From the NCBI GenBank assembly GCA_951406725.2, contig OX597815.1, positions 34,720,001 to 34,784,000 of the forward strand: a DNA stretch of 64,000 nucleotides, written 5' to 3'. The translations under genes and the position numbers were made by a program. Every line of letters starts with the position of its first letter. Positions within the stretch are counted from its first letter, which is position 1. This document shows, piece by piece, positions 39,693-53,823 of this stretch. The stretch is from Octopus vulgaris (Eukaryota). The notes below the pieces were generated by a model. That model searched no databases, was not told the DNA's origin, and was given only the letters and a program-made list of their open reading frames with translations.

Positions 39693-41226
39693 ATTGCAAA
39701 TCCAGTATCAGAAAGCGCAAGAGGATATTACTGAAACGTATAACTTCTTCCGTGCTGTGATTGAAGAACGCAAGCAAGAAGTTCAAAGAGAGTTGGATCA
39801 AGTATTTAATGGTAAACAGATTGCTATTAGTACACTAGCACAGAAGATTCAAGAAAATATTGAGCGTATTTACCAAGGTTGCGATTTTATTGACAAACTA
39901 TTGAAACATGCCAGTTCTTCAGAAATTCTACTTTTTAAATCTTTCATTGAGCAGCGTTTTCAAAATGTCTTTAATTTTCAGCCAGATATCAACAATCAAA
40001 ATTACTACGATATGGAGTTCATCTCCAATTTTTCAGCTATTCAAGTTGGCATTCAAAATACATTTGGTTATGTTCGACAAAACAGTGAGTTCCAACCACA
40101 AACCACTCAGAAACCGCAGCCAATTGCTCGTCCTGCTAATGGCATAGTTGTTGGAAATACTCTAAACAATGGCCAGCTCTTTGAAACTTCTCCACGTCAG
40201 TTCTCTTCCACTAATAATTTTCAGTTTGGTGGAGGAACTGACAACAATATTTATGAGAAATGGTCCAGTGGGTTAGACATCTTTACGAATGGTATGGATA
40301 TATTCCCAACAAATTCCGACCCACTCTTAGATCTGACTTCCAAATTAATCAATACAGGTCTGCATAATTCCAAACAACAGATTAAACGACAAAAGATGAT
40401 TTATCATTGTAAGTTTGGTGAGTTTGGGACTCTTGATGGACAGTTCACCGAACCTAGCGGTGTGGCAGTTAATGCTCAGAATGATGTTATTGTTGCTGAT
40501 ACAAATAATCATCGGATTCAGATTTTTGATAAAGACGGTCGTTTTAAATTCCAGTTTGGGGAGTGTGGCAAACGAGATGGCCAGTTGCTCTATCCGAATC
40601 GAGTTGCTGTGGTCAGATCATCTGGAGACATAATTGTTACAGAACGCAGTCCTACACATCAAATACAGATTTATAACCAATATGGCCAATTTGTCCGTAA
40701 ATTTGGCGCTAACATTTTACAACATCCCCGTGGAGTTACAGTGGATAATAAAGGGCGTATTGTCATTGTGGAATGTAAAGTAATGCGTGTTATTATTTTT
40801 GACCAAATGGGAAATGTCTTGTACAAGTTTGGCTGCTCCCAGCACCTGGAATTTCCAAATGGTGTTGTTGTCAATGACAAAGAAGAAATTTTTATTAGTG
40901 ACAATCGTGCTCACTGTGTCAAAGTGTTTAATTACCAGGGGTTGTTTCTTCGTCAGATCGGTGGCGAAGGTGTCACTAACTATCCTATCGGAGTTGGTAT
41001 CAACTCTGCTGGTGAGGTTCTTATTGCTGATAATCACAATAATTTTAATCTAACCATTTTCACCCAGGACGGTCAGTTAGTTAATGCCTTGGAGAGCAAA
41101 GTGAAACATGCACAGTGTTTTGATGTGGCTCTTATGGACGATGGTTCTGTGGTGTTGGCCAGCAAAGATTACCGAGTCTACATTTACAGGTATGCTCCTC
41201 ACCATATTCCAGCCCTTGGAATGTGA
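39693..41226 (+). CDS. brat: Brat-like protein, coding exon 2 (coiled coil, linker, NHL beta-propeller, stop)
   Basis: Acceptor ttttctgttgccttcAG ending 39692; AG+A rebuilds an Arg codon in frame with exon 1. The C-terminal segment (KRQKMIYHCKFGEFG...FTEPSGVAVNAQND...SKDYRVYIYRY) closely resembles the Drosophila Brat NHL domain as I recall it. TGA at 41224-41226. Spliced CDS is 740+1534=2274 nt. Confidence 0.96.
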
Positions 41227-42529
41227 GCATTGATTTTAATCACCATTTTTGCTCTCCACCCTTCTGCTGTTTTTCTTTTCCTTGTCTTTTCCTTCTATTT
41301 CTATCTGTCTCTCTTTCTATCTCTCTTCCCCTCTTTCCTCTTGCCTTTTGCCCCGCTCCCACTCCCCCTGTTTTTTTTTTCTTTCCCCTCTTTCTCTTTG
41401 AAATCTCTCAGCCGAGGATGAAATAATCACCTTTTCTGCCATAATTTACAACCCCACCCCTACTGCTGAAGCATGCTGTTGGACAGACAACATATTTAAC
41501 AATTGCGTTCTTTAAATGATGAAAGAATGATGAAAAGGGAGTTAAGAAAAAATGGAAAAAAAAACTTTAAAAAAACTTAAAAAACACCAAAACAAAACAA
41601 AAACAATTGTTTTATTATTTAAGAAAAAAAATTGAAGAAAAGTCAACATTTTGTATTTAATGTAATTGGTCACATGGTGAACCAGAATATCAACTAAACG
41701 GTGCTCAAAAAAAATTGAAAGAACTGAATAACACATGGAAAATTTTTTTTTCATTTTTTTTTTTTTTTTTTGGTAAGCAAGAAGCAAGCATAATTTTAAT
41801 AATAATAATAATGATTGTTATGATCTGCTGATCATTGGGAAAAAAAAATAATGTCAAACGACAGGTTTGTCACACATCATTGCTTAGTTTCTTGAAACAT
41901 TTGAAGACAGAGGAGTTGGAATGAAGAAAAATGAATAATAAAAAAAAACAAAACATTAAAAAAAAACATTTTTAATAATAACAACAAGCTTTTGAGAACA
42001 TGCAGTCAGCGTAAGAGGTTTTTGAAACATTAGTTGGCTATGTATGTGATAAACTGTTTTTATTTGCTAAATTTTAGGAACAACAGCAAAAAAAAAAATA
42101 ATAATAATAATAAAACCCCTAAAATCTTTCTTTGCTACATTCCTGGTAATTATATATGATAATTTTTCCAGGTGTTATATATATTTTTTTTGTGTATTTT
42201 TTTTATTGGGGGGGTAGGGTCTGATGAAATTTAGCCAAAGGTGTTGTGAATGTGTTTTTTTTTTGCCATTAAAGGTTTATTTCCATCATTATCATTATTA
42301 ATATTATTATTATTATTATTATTACTATTTAATAAACCAAAAACTATTGTTTCTTAACAAAAAACAATGTAACGTTTGGTGAAAGTTGAGCCACAGTTGT
42401 GCAACTCTAATATATATATATATACACACACACATACACACACACACACATACACATATATATGCATATATATATATATACATACACATACACACATATA
42501 TATGTATATATATATATGTATATGTATAT

Positions 42530-42563
<34 letters not shown>

Positions 42564-45500
42564 ATGATTTATCTTTGGAATTTTTATCTCTTGGTTGTTA
42601 TGAAATTTTCTATGAAACTTTTTTTTGTTTTTTAAAAAGCCTTTTGTTGTGTATCTTTTTGCACATACTGTTGCAATATATTCCACTGGCATTGGTTGCT
42701 ATTGGAAATATTCTGTTCTTTTTTACGTTACTTTTTTGTTTTTCCTTTTTATATATTTTCTTTACTCTATATCTTTTTTCTTGTTTTCTTCCACATTTTC
42801 TTCGTTTTTTTTTCGTCCTTTTATTTATTTTTTTTCGTCCTTCATAATGTCATTGTCATCATCACCATCATTGTCGACATCATCATCGTCATCATCATCA
42901 TCATGATTATTATTATCATAGTTGCCACATTCATTTTTCATTATCATGTTTATGATCCTGATTATTATGAATAGTATTAATTATTAATTAATTAGTACTA
43001 TTAATAATGCTATTATTGTCACTGTTATTTTGCCATGAAATCCTTGTCTTAACGTAAAACAATTACAAAAAAAAAATAAACGCAAATAAAAAAAAAGGCA
43101 AACAAATCCAATACACTTCTTCCTTAAAAAGAAAAAAAAAATCTAAAAGTTAGCAAGATTATATCTGCTCTATCACCTCATCTTGAATGGAAAACTTTTA
43201 AAATACTTAAACTAAAGTATAATTTGGTTAGGATATAATGGTGGCTTAGGCATAGCCTTAGTTCTATTACTGTGTATAAGATCTTTATTTTGAAAGTTAA
43301 TAACAGGGGAAAACATGAGCAAAGAGTGTTATGTTAGGATAATGTATATAAGCGTGTGTGTGTGTGTATTTATATAATATATTTATATAGATTATAAATA
43401 TCCGCATCAGTTATCTAGTTTTAAGTTTGTTGTATTCACTTGAACTATCTCAAGTAGGGAGGTTGCTGTATTCTTTCTATGGAATACAAGTCTCAGATTG
43501 ATTGTCTCTTCTACTGATGACATTCTCATATTCAAGAATACAAAAGTGTGTGTGTTTGTGTATAGATACTATTGATTCAACATAGTTTCTGGAATGAATA
43601 AATTTTGTTGGTCTGATGTCTTCTTAATGTAGAAATTAACTGCTTCAAATTGCCTCAGAAGCACTTGGATGGTCTCATTCTGAAACTTGTAGTAAATGTT
43701 TGCAATCATAACTTGTCAGGTTTCTGAATTCTAACTGCTGTATCAGTTGTGATTGTGGTTCCAGACTGTTGCAGACTTGTTAGAGGCAGATAATAAGAAT
43801 GCCTTTTGTCATCGAGCTGGATCCTCAAAAGTAAATAGCTGAAGTGGATCTAGCAAATCCACAATAATAGATCTGGTAAATACTTCATTTTAACCCAGCT
43901 TTAGGACACATAAGAATTTAATGTGAGGACATTAAATTGAGAAAGAAAGAAAGAAAAAAAAAAAAAGCTGTAAACCTTGTGGTGTCTCAAAGGTCAGTCA
44001 AGCATAAAAATTTTAATCAGACAATAATTATAAACCAGTTAAATAAAAATTTAAAAAATATTAAACTATTCTGTCATGAAAAAAAATAATACAAACAAAA
44101 TCAGAAAGAAACAAAAGCTAACTAAAGTAATTTCTTGTTGCTTGTTTTGTTATATTACGTTTTAGTATTCTGTAAGGTGAAATAAATGACCAAGAAAACA
44201 TAATCAGCTGTTTCAGAGAAAAAAATTCCCTCTTGCCCTCAACAACGAGTAACCTTCAGAAACATGACTAAAGATAATTCTATGGTATGTGATACGCACA
44301 ATTGATGGTATAAATACTGAATGCTTCTCCGAAGAATATGAATTCTAAAAAAAAAAACAAAAAAACTGTACCCTTTAATCACTGCCAGGATTATGACATT
44401 CCTCTTTTAATACATCTATCCCCTATTCCCCCCCTGCTCTATATCTAACCCACCAAAAATTACCAACACTGTTAGATGGCTGGGGAATGATATTCAGTTG
44501 GATCTTGTGTTATTAAATTTGAATTTTTCTATAAAAATTTTAAGTGTTTCTTTTATAAGTGTTAAATATTTTTCAAGTTTTAAAACCTTTTTGAGTTTTA
44601 TTTTATTTTCCATGTTTGTCCATATAATTATTAAGTAAGCTACATTGTATATTGTGGGTATTGATAAAAAAATATCTTTATATAGATGTTACTTACTGAC
44701 CATTGTCACTAAATTGTTTTTAAAGAGCTGACTTCGAATCCTTCTTCCCTCCCTTGCTCAAACCTGAACCCAAAGCCCTCTCAGAACACCTTCAATTTTA
44801 TTATCACAGTTTGGATTTAAATGAGATACTAGCATGTTTGTCAAGCAACTTGGCAAAATGCAGCAGATACTTCAAAATTAATTAACATACAAACCGAAAA
44901 ACAATGACAAAGAAAAAAATGAGCTTCAAAAAGAAGAGACAAGGAAAAGAAGTCTTAAAGAGAGCAAATTGAATCGTTTCTGCTAAAAGTGAAAATTCTT
45001 AAAATTTAACTTCTCATGCAATATTCCCTTCCCTTTCCCCCCATCACCTGCCTTTTATTTATTAACCTTTTTTGTTTGTTTGTTTGTTTGTTTTTTTTTT
45101 TCTAAGAAAAAGGAACAACTTTAAAAATGAATTCCAAAAGTTAATTAAAAAAAAGAAAGTCATTCACCAATAGCACTAAAAATTGATCTAGTGACCAAAA
45201 AAGCATAAGGCAGAACAGAAACCCAAGTTAAATTTTGCACATGTGCCTACAAGAAATTTATGTTTTGTTTTATTTTTTTAAAACTAAAAACAAGGTGTAC
45301 AAGTATTTCAAACTGGAACGTTTTTTTGGCAGAGTGTCTTTGGTCAAAACCGTTCGGATTTGTATTTGTTCGCATTGTTTTAGTTGATGGATATCTACTA
45401 TTTTCTTTACATCACTATTATTATCATTATTATCATTACTCTTATTGATATTATTATTATTGTTATTTCCACCACCATCATCGTCATCATTAATCACTAT

Positions 45501-46871
45501 ATCCTTCCCTTTCTCCAGCAGCATCAATAAGATTTTAGATCGTCATCATATTATTATAACTACTGTTACAGCTACTATAACTACAAATAATAATAATAAT
45601 AATAATAATAATATTAATAATTATGACAGTTATAATTATTGCAAGATGACAGCTCAATGACTGTGTGCTTGTGTGTATCTCTGCCAATGTTTGTGTATGA
45701 GTATATTAAGATTATCATTTTAAATATTTCTCTTGTTATTATTATTATTATTATTACTACTTCAGAATTGAGGTTCAGTTTACTTCATTGCCCATACTGC
45801 AGCATTTTTTCCTACCATTGTCCATCTCATAACTGATAACAAAAAAAAAGAAAAGAAAAAAAGAGCTCTTGACCAATCACCATTCAGTTTATAGTTAGTG
45901 CAGAATTTCATCTTGTGGTACAACTGTTTGCTGCTGTTACCCTCACACCTTTCTGTATGTATCTGTTGATTGTGTTGTTGATTTTGTGTGTGTGTGTTGG
46001 TTGTCTGGAAACAAGCTATCCAATGTTTTTTGAGGTAGTTGCTTAATACTGCACACTCAAAATACTTTAAACCTCTCGAAGATTTAATATAAAGAAATTT
46101 CTCAAACCCACAACTCTGAAATGAAAACGATGATATTAATAATAATGATAATAATAATAATAATGATAATTATAGTAATCTACCAAATACATCAGAAAAA
46201 ATAGAAATAATTCTTTTTTCTGTATTTTTTTATTTGGTTTATATTTATTTTTTTTTTCCATATTCATGGCTGATATATTTTACATTTTCATGTATAAAAA
46301 AATAACAAAACAAAACTATTTATAGTGTGTGTGTGTGTATGTTTATTTATGTAACTTATTTTGTGGTTATATTTGCATATATGTATATGTATGCATATGC
46401 ATTAATGTATGTGTGTGTATTTATTAGTTTCTTCCGTTTTGTTTTTGTTTTTTTTTTTTCAATTAACTCATACCTTTTTTTCATAGTGCTTAGTGAGTGA
46501 AACAGATAAAAAAAAAAACTCAATTAAGTTTGAATGCCTGACAAGAAAGCAAAAGTGTGCATAACTGTCATTATAGGTGTTTGTATCTGCATGCTTGGAG
46601 ACTTAAGCAATTTCTTCAGACTTATAGATCTGGAATCATAATGGTTTTGACATTTTCCTTATACAATTTGCATAGTTTCTCAATTTTGATATACTTTGCA
46701 AAAGATTGTTGTTGTTATTTTTGTTGTTGTTCTTGTTATCTTTTCCTTTTTTTACTATTCAGTGTCTCAGATATGTCAGTGTTATGATATATTTATTTCT
46801 GAGGGAGGATTTAAATAATCAAACTAGAAGAGATATAGGTTATCATCTTGAAATTTTATATGCGCCCACAT

Positions 46872-46900
<29 letters not shown>
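41227..46900 (+). other. Putative long AU-rich 3' UTR of brat (3' end not determined)
   Basis: More than 5 kb after the stop with no recognisable interspersed repeat, unlike the flanks; A/U runs and several AATAAA hexamers. The extent is inferred. Confidence 0.4.
42408..42566. repeat. Compound (TA)n/(CA)n/(TATG)n microsatellite (others at about 20878, 22447, 46873, 49392, 49940, 53782 and 63610)
   Basis: Directly visible. Confidence 0.95.
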
Positions 46901-46914
<14 letters not shown>

Positions 46915-47275
46915 ACATGCACGTATATAGATATATATCCAACACGATTTTTCTTTGTCCAGTGAGGACAGAAAAATACCGTATGGGTTCTTTGGTTTAA
47001 AGGAGTCAAGTTCAGTTTGCACAAAGTATGGTTACTGTTCAGTGGGGGAAGCAAGGCTGGGGTGCAGGGTTCCAGGGGTCCTTTAGTTCTAGATTGGAAG
47101 AATTATTCAAAGAATTTAGAAGAGGGTTTAAGGACGTTTAAAACTGAGCGAAAAGAGTAAGGTTGTTTGGTATGAATGAGATTGGGCTTAGAAAGAGCAG
47201 AAGCTCTGGAAGTTATGCAAAACCTGGAACACAGGACACGGTTTGATTGTGGGAATAGATTTGGTGACTATTTAA

Positions 47276-47495
47276 CCCTTTAGTGTTCAGATTACTCTGT
47301 TAAATGTAATACTTTTTCACTCAAATTGTTTTGAATTAATCGTGCATTACCTCATAGCTTTGAGGTTTCAATGATGTGATTGTATATTTTTTGGATGTCA
47401 ATGTAGGTTAGGTTTGAGGGGCTAGATATTCCCAGTTTGATTATAAAACATATAGAATATTTGGGCCAGATATGGCCGGTTTAAACACTAAGGGG
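47276..47495. mobile_element. piggyBac-type MITE (subfamily 2)
   Basis: TTAA|CCCTTTAGTGTT ... AACACTAAGGGG|TTAA. Confidence 0.85.
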
Positions 47496-47779
47496 TTAAG
47501 ATGAAAAATTATTGCTGTTGGGTAGCCCTAGTTGAGGAGCTCTATGGGGCATAAAAGATGAAATAAATTTAAACAGAGCTTTCAGTTGGCATATCTAACG
47601 AAGACTTTCCCACATTTGTTGTGTGACTGATGCCTTGTAATTTAAAATTTAAAAGATGTAGGACATTTATGAGATTGTAGAGATATTTTGCTGGTAATGT
47701 CAACAAGGTTCAGTAACTATATAGCAGCTATCTTGTTGAATGATCTTTTGGATATATTTTGCTTGGATGCCACATAATA

Positions 47780-48560
47780 TTTTACTGAAAGAGAGATTAT
47801 GATATTTTGGCCTTGTAAAGTCTCAGTCACTGCTTAAGGTTAGAAGTGAATCTTTTACTTTGAAAAAAGGAGTTCCATCATCTTGATGGCATTCATAGCT
47901 ATGTTGTGGGTTTAAGCTTTTGCTGGTGAAGTAGATAGAAATAGACCTAGTCTGAAATGGGATTGTCAAACTTTTTAGTACGAGTCGTTTGTGAGATGTG
48001 TGGTGACAGTATATTGTATATGTTACTTGATTTTCAAAATACCTTATTTCATTAATGGTGGATGTGCAAGCTAGTCAGAAGCTGTTTATGGTTGTGAGTG
48101 GCTGCTTCTTGCAAGGAAAAGGAAACGAATGCAAGTCGGTGTGTTTAGTGTAAGAGTGTATAAGATGATATATTATTGATGTAGTGAATTAAAAGAAAAT
48201 GAGAAACGGATGAATTGTTGATAGTATAGGCATGTTCTGCGTTGAAACAGGTAATGAAGAAGCTGTCAATCAGAATAATTGGTTCTGAATGTAGTAACTT
48301 GTTGGATAATTTAGATTGGAGATTATACAGAGCAGGCTTTATTAAAGCCATTGTCTTGTGGAACATCTGTGTTTTGACATCGTATGTTTATAACCTTACT
48401 TGTGGTCACTAAGGAATGAAAGAGAATCCATGTGGTGTGGGAGATGGTCATCGACAGTTATTTTCCATTACATTGAAATTGTGTAAAGTGTGGGCAGTTG
48501 GTTGGTAATTTATATGGATGGGTCTTTTAAGATTTCCTGTTCTTGAATATGAAGCATGCT
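47780..48560 (-). mobile_element. Possible very old CR1/Jockey-like RT remnant
   Basis: The ORF-track peptide ...IILIDSF...INNSSVSHFLLIHYINNI weakly resembles the RT motif INSGVPQGSVLSPLLFLIYINDL. Confidence 0.35.
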
Positions 48561-49412
48561 GAAAGCACACTGTTATATTTCAGGATGCACAAACAGTGTG
48601 TATATAATGCTATTTCAACCTCAACTCAGTGACTTTCTTTAAAAAGAAAAAATATATATTGTGCGTTTTACTGATAATCTGAGGATTATATAAATTGGTA
48701 GCTGTTAGATTTTGATATTTTTCTTGTATAAATGTGCATCACATACACACATTCAATCAAACAATTTTTTTAATTAATCTATTTAAATAATTTGTTAAAT
48801 TTGACCAAGCAGCTAACTTTTGATCAAAGTTTTGTAAACTTTCTTTGCCAAATACATTTTTGATTTGATTCTTTTTATGTTTGTTGCTTTCTTTTAAATA
48901 TTATTATCATTAAATGCAATTTGTGTTTTTATTACGATTGATGATGAAAGTTCATCTTTGATGTTATGTACCTAAATTCATTAATTTGGTAACTGTGTAT
49001 CGAAAACCAAACATCAGAAAACAACTTTGAATGCATGTTGGAAAAAAAGAGAAAAAAATAGCCGATTTCAGAAGACAAGAGGGTTTTCAAAAAAAAAAAA
49101 AAGACTTAAAAATATTCACAGACATATTGAGGATGTGATGGAAGAATAGATAACAATGGAAATTGTTGTGCAAATCAAACTAAATGGAAGCTATCCTATT
49201 CATTATAAATGTCTCTCTCATCTTACTGTTGTTTCATTATCCAAACAGTAATGGGTCTAGGTTAAAATTATAAATCTATTTTAAGATTACATATAAAACA
49301 AAAATTAAAAAAAAAAATGAAAGAAAAAATCTAAAAATCCATGTCGTTGTTGCTATTGATATTGTCCTCATGATTCATAGCTACTTTGTTACATATATAC
49401 ATACATATACAT

Positions 49413-49446
<34 letters not shown>

Positions 49447-49452
49447 ATATAC

Positions 49453-49504
<52 letters not shown>

Positions 49505-49948
49505 TATATATATATATCACTTCAAAAAGTGTCATAGTCATTGTTTGTTGCCAATATTATTATAATTATTAATATTATTACTACTACTACTATTACCATT
49601 ATTATTAACTATTATTGATATAGTTTTAATTTTTGTCTTCCTTCATTGATTCATTTGTTAACAAATACATACCAATCTACCATATCCCATTATCCAACAC
49701 CTCAGTCGCTGACACTTACAATACATATGATGTATATATACAAATTTATTGTGTTAATGAAAACTATTATTTCTGTTGTATTTTTTCAAGCCTGACAATT
49801 AATTAAATTAACTAACTTGTTTTTTTATTAATTTTTTTTTTCCCTGTGAAGTTAGTGTTTGTGCCGTCCCTGTCTAGCTATTTTTATCCCTTTCTATTTC
49901 TAGCTCCCATTTCCCATACATATACATGCTCACATACACATGTGTGTA

Positions 49949-50001
<53 letters not shown>

Positions 50002-51147
50002 ACGTGTGTGTGTGTGTATATATATATATAGAGGGAGAGGGAGTGAGAGACACATACACTCACACACACATACATACTGTATTGCTCACATCGAATATTT
50101 CCTTGTGATTTTGGTTACATGCTAGAGTTGTCTGTACGTATGAAAAAGATGCCTGGTTCTGATAGATATCTGTAAATCTGCATATTAAAAGATATGGAAA
50201 CAAAAGCAGCATAAAGCAATGAATTACTCTGTATCTATAGGTGTGAAGTGAGTGTGTGTATGCAAGAGTGTTTATTTCTCTGTATGTGTACCTGAAAAGC
50301 AAATTTTATTGTTTTTTTTTTTAATTTTCTTTGCAAGCCAAATTGAGTCGATATTTTTTAATTTTTTATTGACATAATTTTTTTATTTTATTATTTGAAT
50401 TTTTTTAAACTTCTAATTTTCTAATAACATTACATAACACTACATTTTTGCATATATATATAAATATATATATATATGATTCCTATTTGGTTTTGTCTCA
50501 TGAAAACTGGAATTTGAAAAAAGAAATGATCAAACTTCTTTAAAAGAATAGAATGAAGGACAGCTCATGAGAAAATATATGACAGCCTAGCAAATTAAAA
50601 ATAAAATCTAAAAGCTCTTCACCCAAAGCTCATATGATTAAAAATTAAGGAATCTATAAGACTTCAAATGGAGTTTCTATCCATCTCCTTTATTTTATAT
50701 AATCCATAAGGTTGTTTGAAGCACTCCTGAAGACTTTGTTTTCTAAGTAGTGTATATGGAATACCTAGTGAAAATCAGCTCGACAGAGCTCATCTCTCTT
50801 CAAGCTGTCTCAGAGGAGATGAATTCATCACTGCAAGCTAACGAAACACTTGTCAAATTTACAGTGCTACCACTGCTGTTTAGAGCAGTAAGTTCTTCCT
50901 ACTTTGCTGAACCTAATTTCAGTTTGGTTGCCTGGGCTATATGAGGGTTGTATGTCAAAATGCAGTGTTCATAATAGGATGCGACCCTCCAACCTCGTGG
51001 CTAGTTGTCCAGTATCTTAGTTATTCTGCCATCCGTACACTTATCTTCAAAATGAACTTGGTCCAAAGCAGTTGTCATATTCTTTTGATGTCAAGCATTT
51101 ATCTAGAATAAGAGAAACCAAAACTTACTATGATATAAATATATATA

Positions 51148-51547
51148 GGCGCAGGAGTGGCTGTGTGGTAAGTAGCTTGCCTACCAACCACATGGTTCTG
51201 GGTTCAGTCCCACTGCGTGGCATCTTGGGCAAATGTCTTCTGCTATAGCCTCGGGCCGACCAATGCCTTGTGAGTGGATTTGGTAGACGGAAACTGAAAG
51301 AAACCTGTCGTATAGATGTACATATGTGTGTGTATATGTTTGTGTGTCTGTGTTTGTCCCTCTAGCATTGCTTGACAACCGATGCTGGTGTGTTTACGTC
51401 CCCGTCACTTAGCGGTTCGGCAAAAGAGACCGATAGAATAAGTACTGGGCTTACAAAGAATAAGTCCCGGGGTTGATTTGCTCGACTAAAGGCGGTGCTC
51501 CAGCATGGTCGCAGTCAATGACTGAAACAAGTAAAAGAGTAAAAGAG
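51148..51547 (+). mobile_element. tRNA-derived SINE family A, full length
   Basis: Same A/B boxes, body and (GTAAAAGA)2 tail. Confidence 0.92.
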
Positions 51548-53782
51548 TATTATTTTACATTCATATATGCATATTTATAAAAGTCATGCTTCAGGATTGG
51601 TCATATGTGGATGAGGGTGTATGTAAAGATGTGTGTGTGTGTGTATTTCATGTTATGCCTAGAAGTGATGCACATTGCCAGAATGTCCATCTCAAGCACT
51701 TTGAACAAACCATTCCTGCATCAGTGTGAATGAAGTTAGGACTGGCTAGCCTACATTGGCATAGAGACTTAGAATATGCATAATAATGAAGACAAACCAA
51801 ATGATAATATCTTGAATGCATATTTTGATACGTCATAACTGAGGAAGATTTTACGTAAGAGATAAAATTCCCTTTTTATCTGTTGTGCAATTAACTGAAG
51901 TGTATGCATTAAAAGCATTAAAAAATATCATTACTTGGTTTAACTTCATTGTTATTTATGTGTACATATATACATACATGTATGTATATATTATACCATC
52001 TACATGACATCAAGGCATAGATAATTTCTAAAAACAGTTTTGTTCCCAACTTCTTCACAGATTCTAGACACTTTGTCATATATGTATACAGCTTAGTGAA
52101 AGTGAATGTCTGTCCCACATATAAAGTTTCATGTTATTGTGAACTTCAGGCAAGAACCCAAAGATAGCAGTGGTGTGAAACTCTCAAGCTGTGAGATAAA
52201 CTCTTGGTTTCAATAAGCCATACACTGTACATTGTATTGAGTACTTCTCTATCATACGTTTGACATAGTTCAATGTTTGTGTGTGTAATCATTTACAAAT
52301 CAAGAATAAGAAACTTGGAGTAAAGATATCTGAAGTTTCAGCTTCTGATAAATTATATCTCTGTTCTTTCAGTATTGACAACTGTCTTTTCTTCCTCTCT
52401 TTCACACTTGTGTGTTTACATCTAGTATGTGTATGTGTATACAACTATATATTCATAAAATGTATTGCTTGTCATTGGCCTAAATGTCTGTCAAGTGGAG
52501 AGAAAAAAATTTTTTTTTTTTCTAGAATATGTTGGTTCCTAACATAGTGAATTTAGGTTATGGTAACCTTGGCAGGTTTAACATGTCAGCACTGTAAAAT
52601 ACTTCACTGGTTAAACAGTATGCATAGTTTTTATATCAGAAAGCTATTCCTTCCTCCCTTGGTTGAAATATTTTGGAAGTAGGTAAGCTACAGTTGGAGG
52701 TGTTCAGTGCCTTGTCAGGAACATAGCTGTATGCTATGCTAGTAATGGTTATAAGAAACCTTCAGGTTTTTTATCTGAAGCTCAAAATCCCACCGAGGTC
52801 AACTTTTACCTTTCAGCCTTCGAAGGTTGATAAAATTAAAGTAACTGTCAAGTACTGCAGTTGATTTAATATCCCTATATTACATCTTAGATGTGAATGT
52901 AATTATAATACAAGCTGAATGTGTACATGGCCATTGCAACTTTTCACACACACATATAAAACCTACAGTTAGGGATCATCATGAAATGCTTACTAAATTT
53001 TACTTCAGATCAAATCAGTGTATTAAATGAATGCCCCTTTTACTTAGGTAAACTGTTAATTCTTCCCTGCCCACCCCTTTCACCTAAATACATATTCCCC
53101 CTCAGCTCCCTATTTCCATTCCATTTGTTTGGGGGTGGTCATCATTATTTACTTTGAAATAATTCTCATCCACTTATATTTTCTACTGACATGTTTGTTC
53201 CAAATTTTTATTTTTTATTTTTTTATATTTTATCATTGTCTTCGGGGGGCATCTCTTAAAGTAGTATTTCTGTCCCTGCTAAGTAAAGGAGAAAATGGGA
53301 TGAGGTGGGGGAATAATTAATGTTTTCTTACATTGCATAAACAAATCTACTACATTTAAACAAACCAAAAAAAAAAAAAAAAATGAAAGGTAGGCGAGGA
53401 ATTAATTCATTGATGTCATTTCCAAGAATGAAGCTAAAGTGGATCAAGAGACAAGAATTCTTAGCAATGTGACAATACTACAAAGAGCGCCATAAGCATT
53501 TTTACCTTCCTGTATAACTCTTGAACATTTGATGGCTTGAAACTATAAACTATGCAGAAATTTGGTCTCTACACATGATGAATTCAAGTGCAAGAAAATA
53601 GAAATCCCAAAATTTAAATTGAAAAAAATTATAATAATAATAATAATAATAATAATAAAACAAGATCACAAAATTTAGAAGGCATGTGCTTATTGCTTTT
53701 TATATTGTATCCATCCATTGTTCTCCTTATTTAAGAAAAACTGAAAAAAAAAATATGTAAGAAAAGTCAGACATATCGAATA

Positions 53783-53823
<41 letters not shown>

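Noticed and set aside
42045-44294. K-box TGTGATA (42045, 44288), Brd-box AGCTTTA (about 43898) and Pumilio-like TGTATATA motifs
   Set aside because: Near chance frequency in AT-rich DNA or inside microsatellites; needs conservation data.
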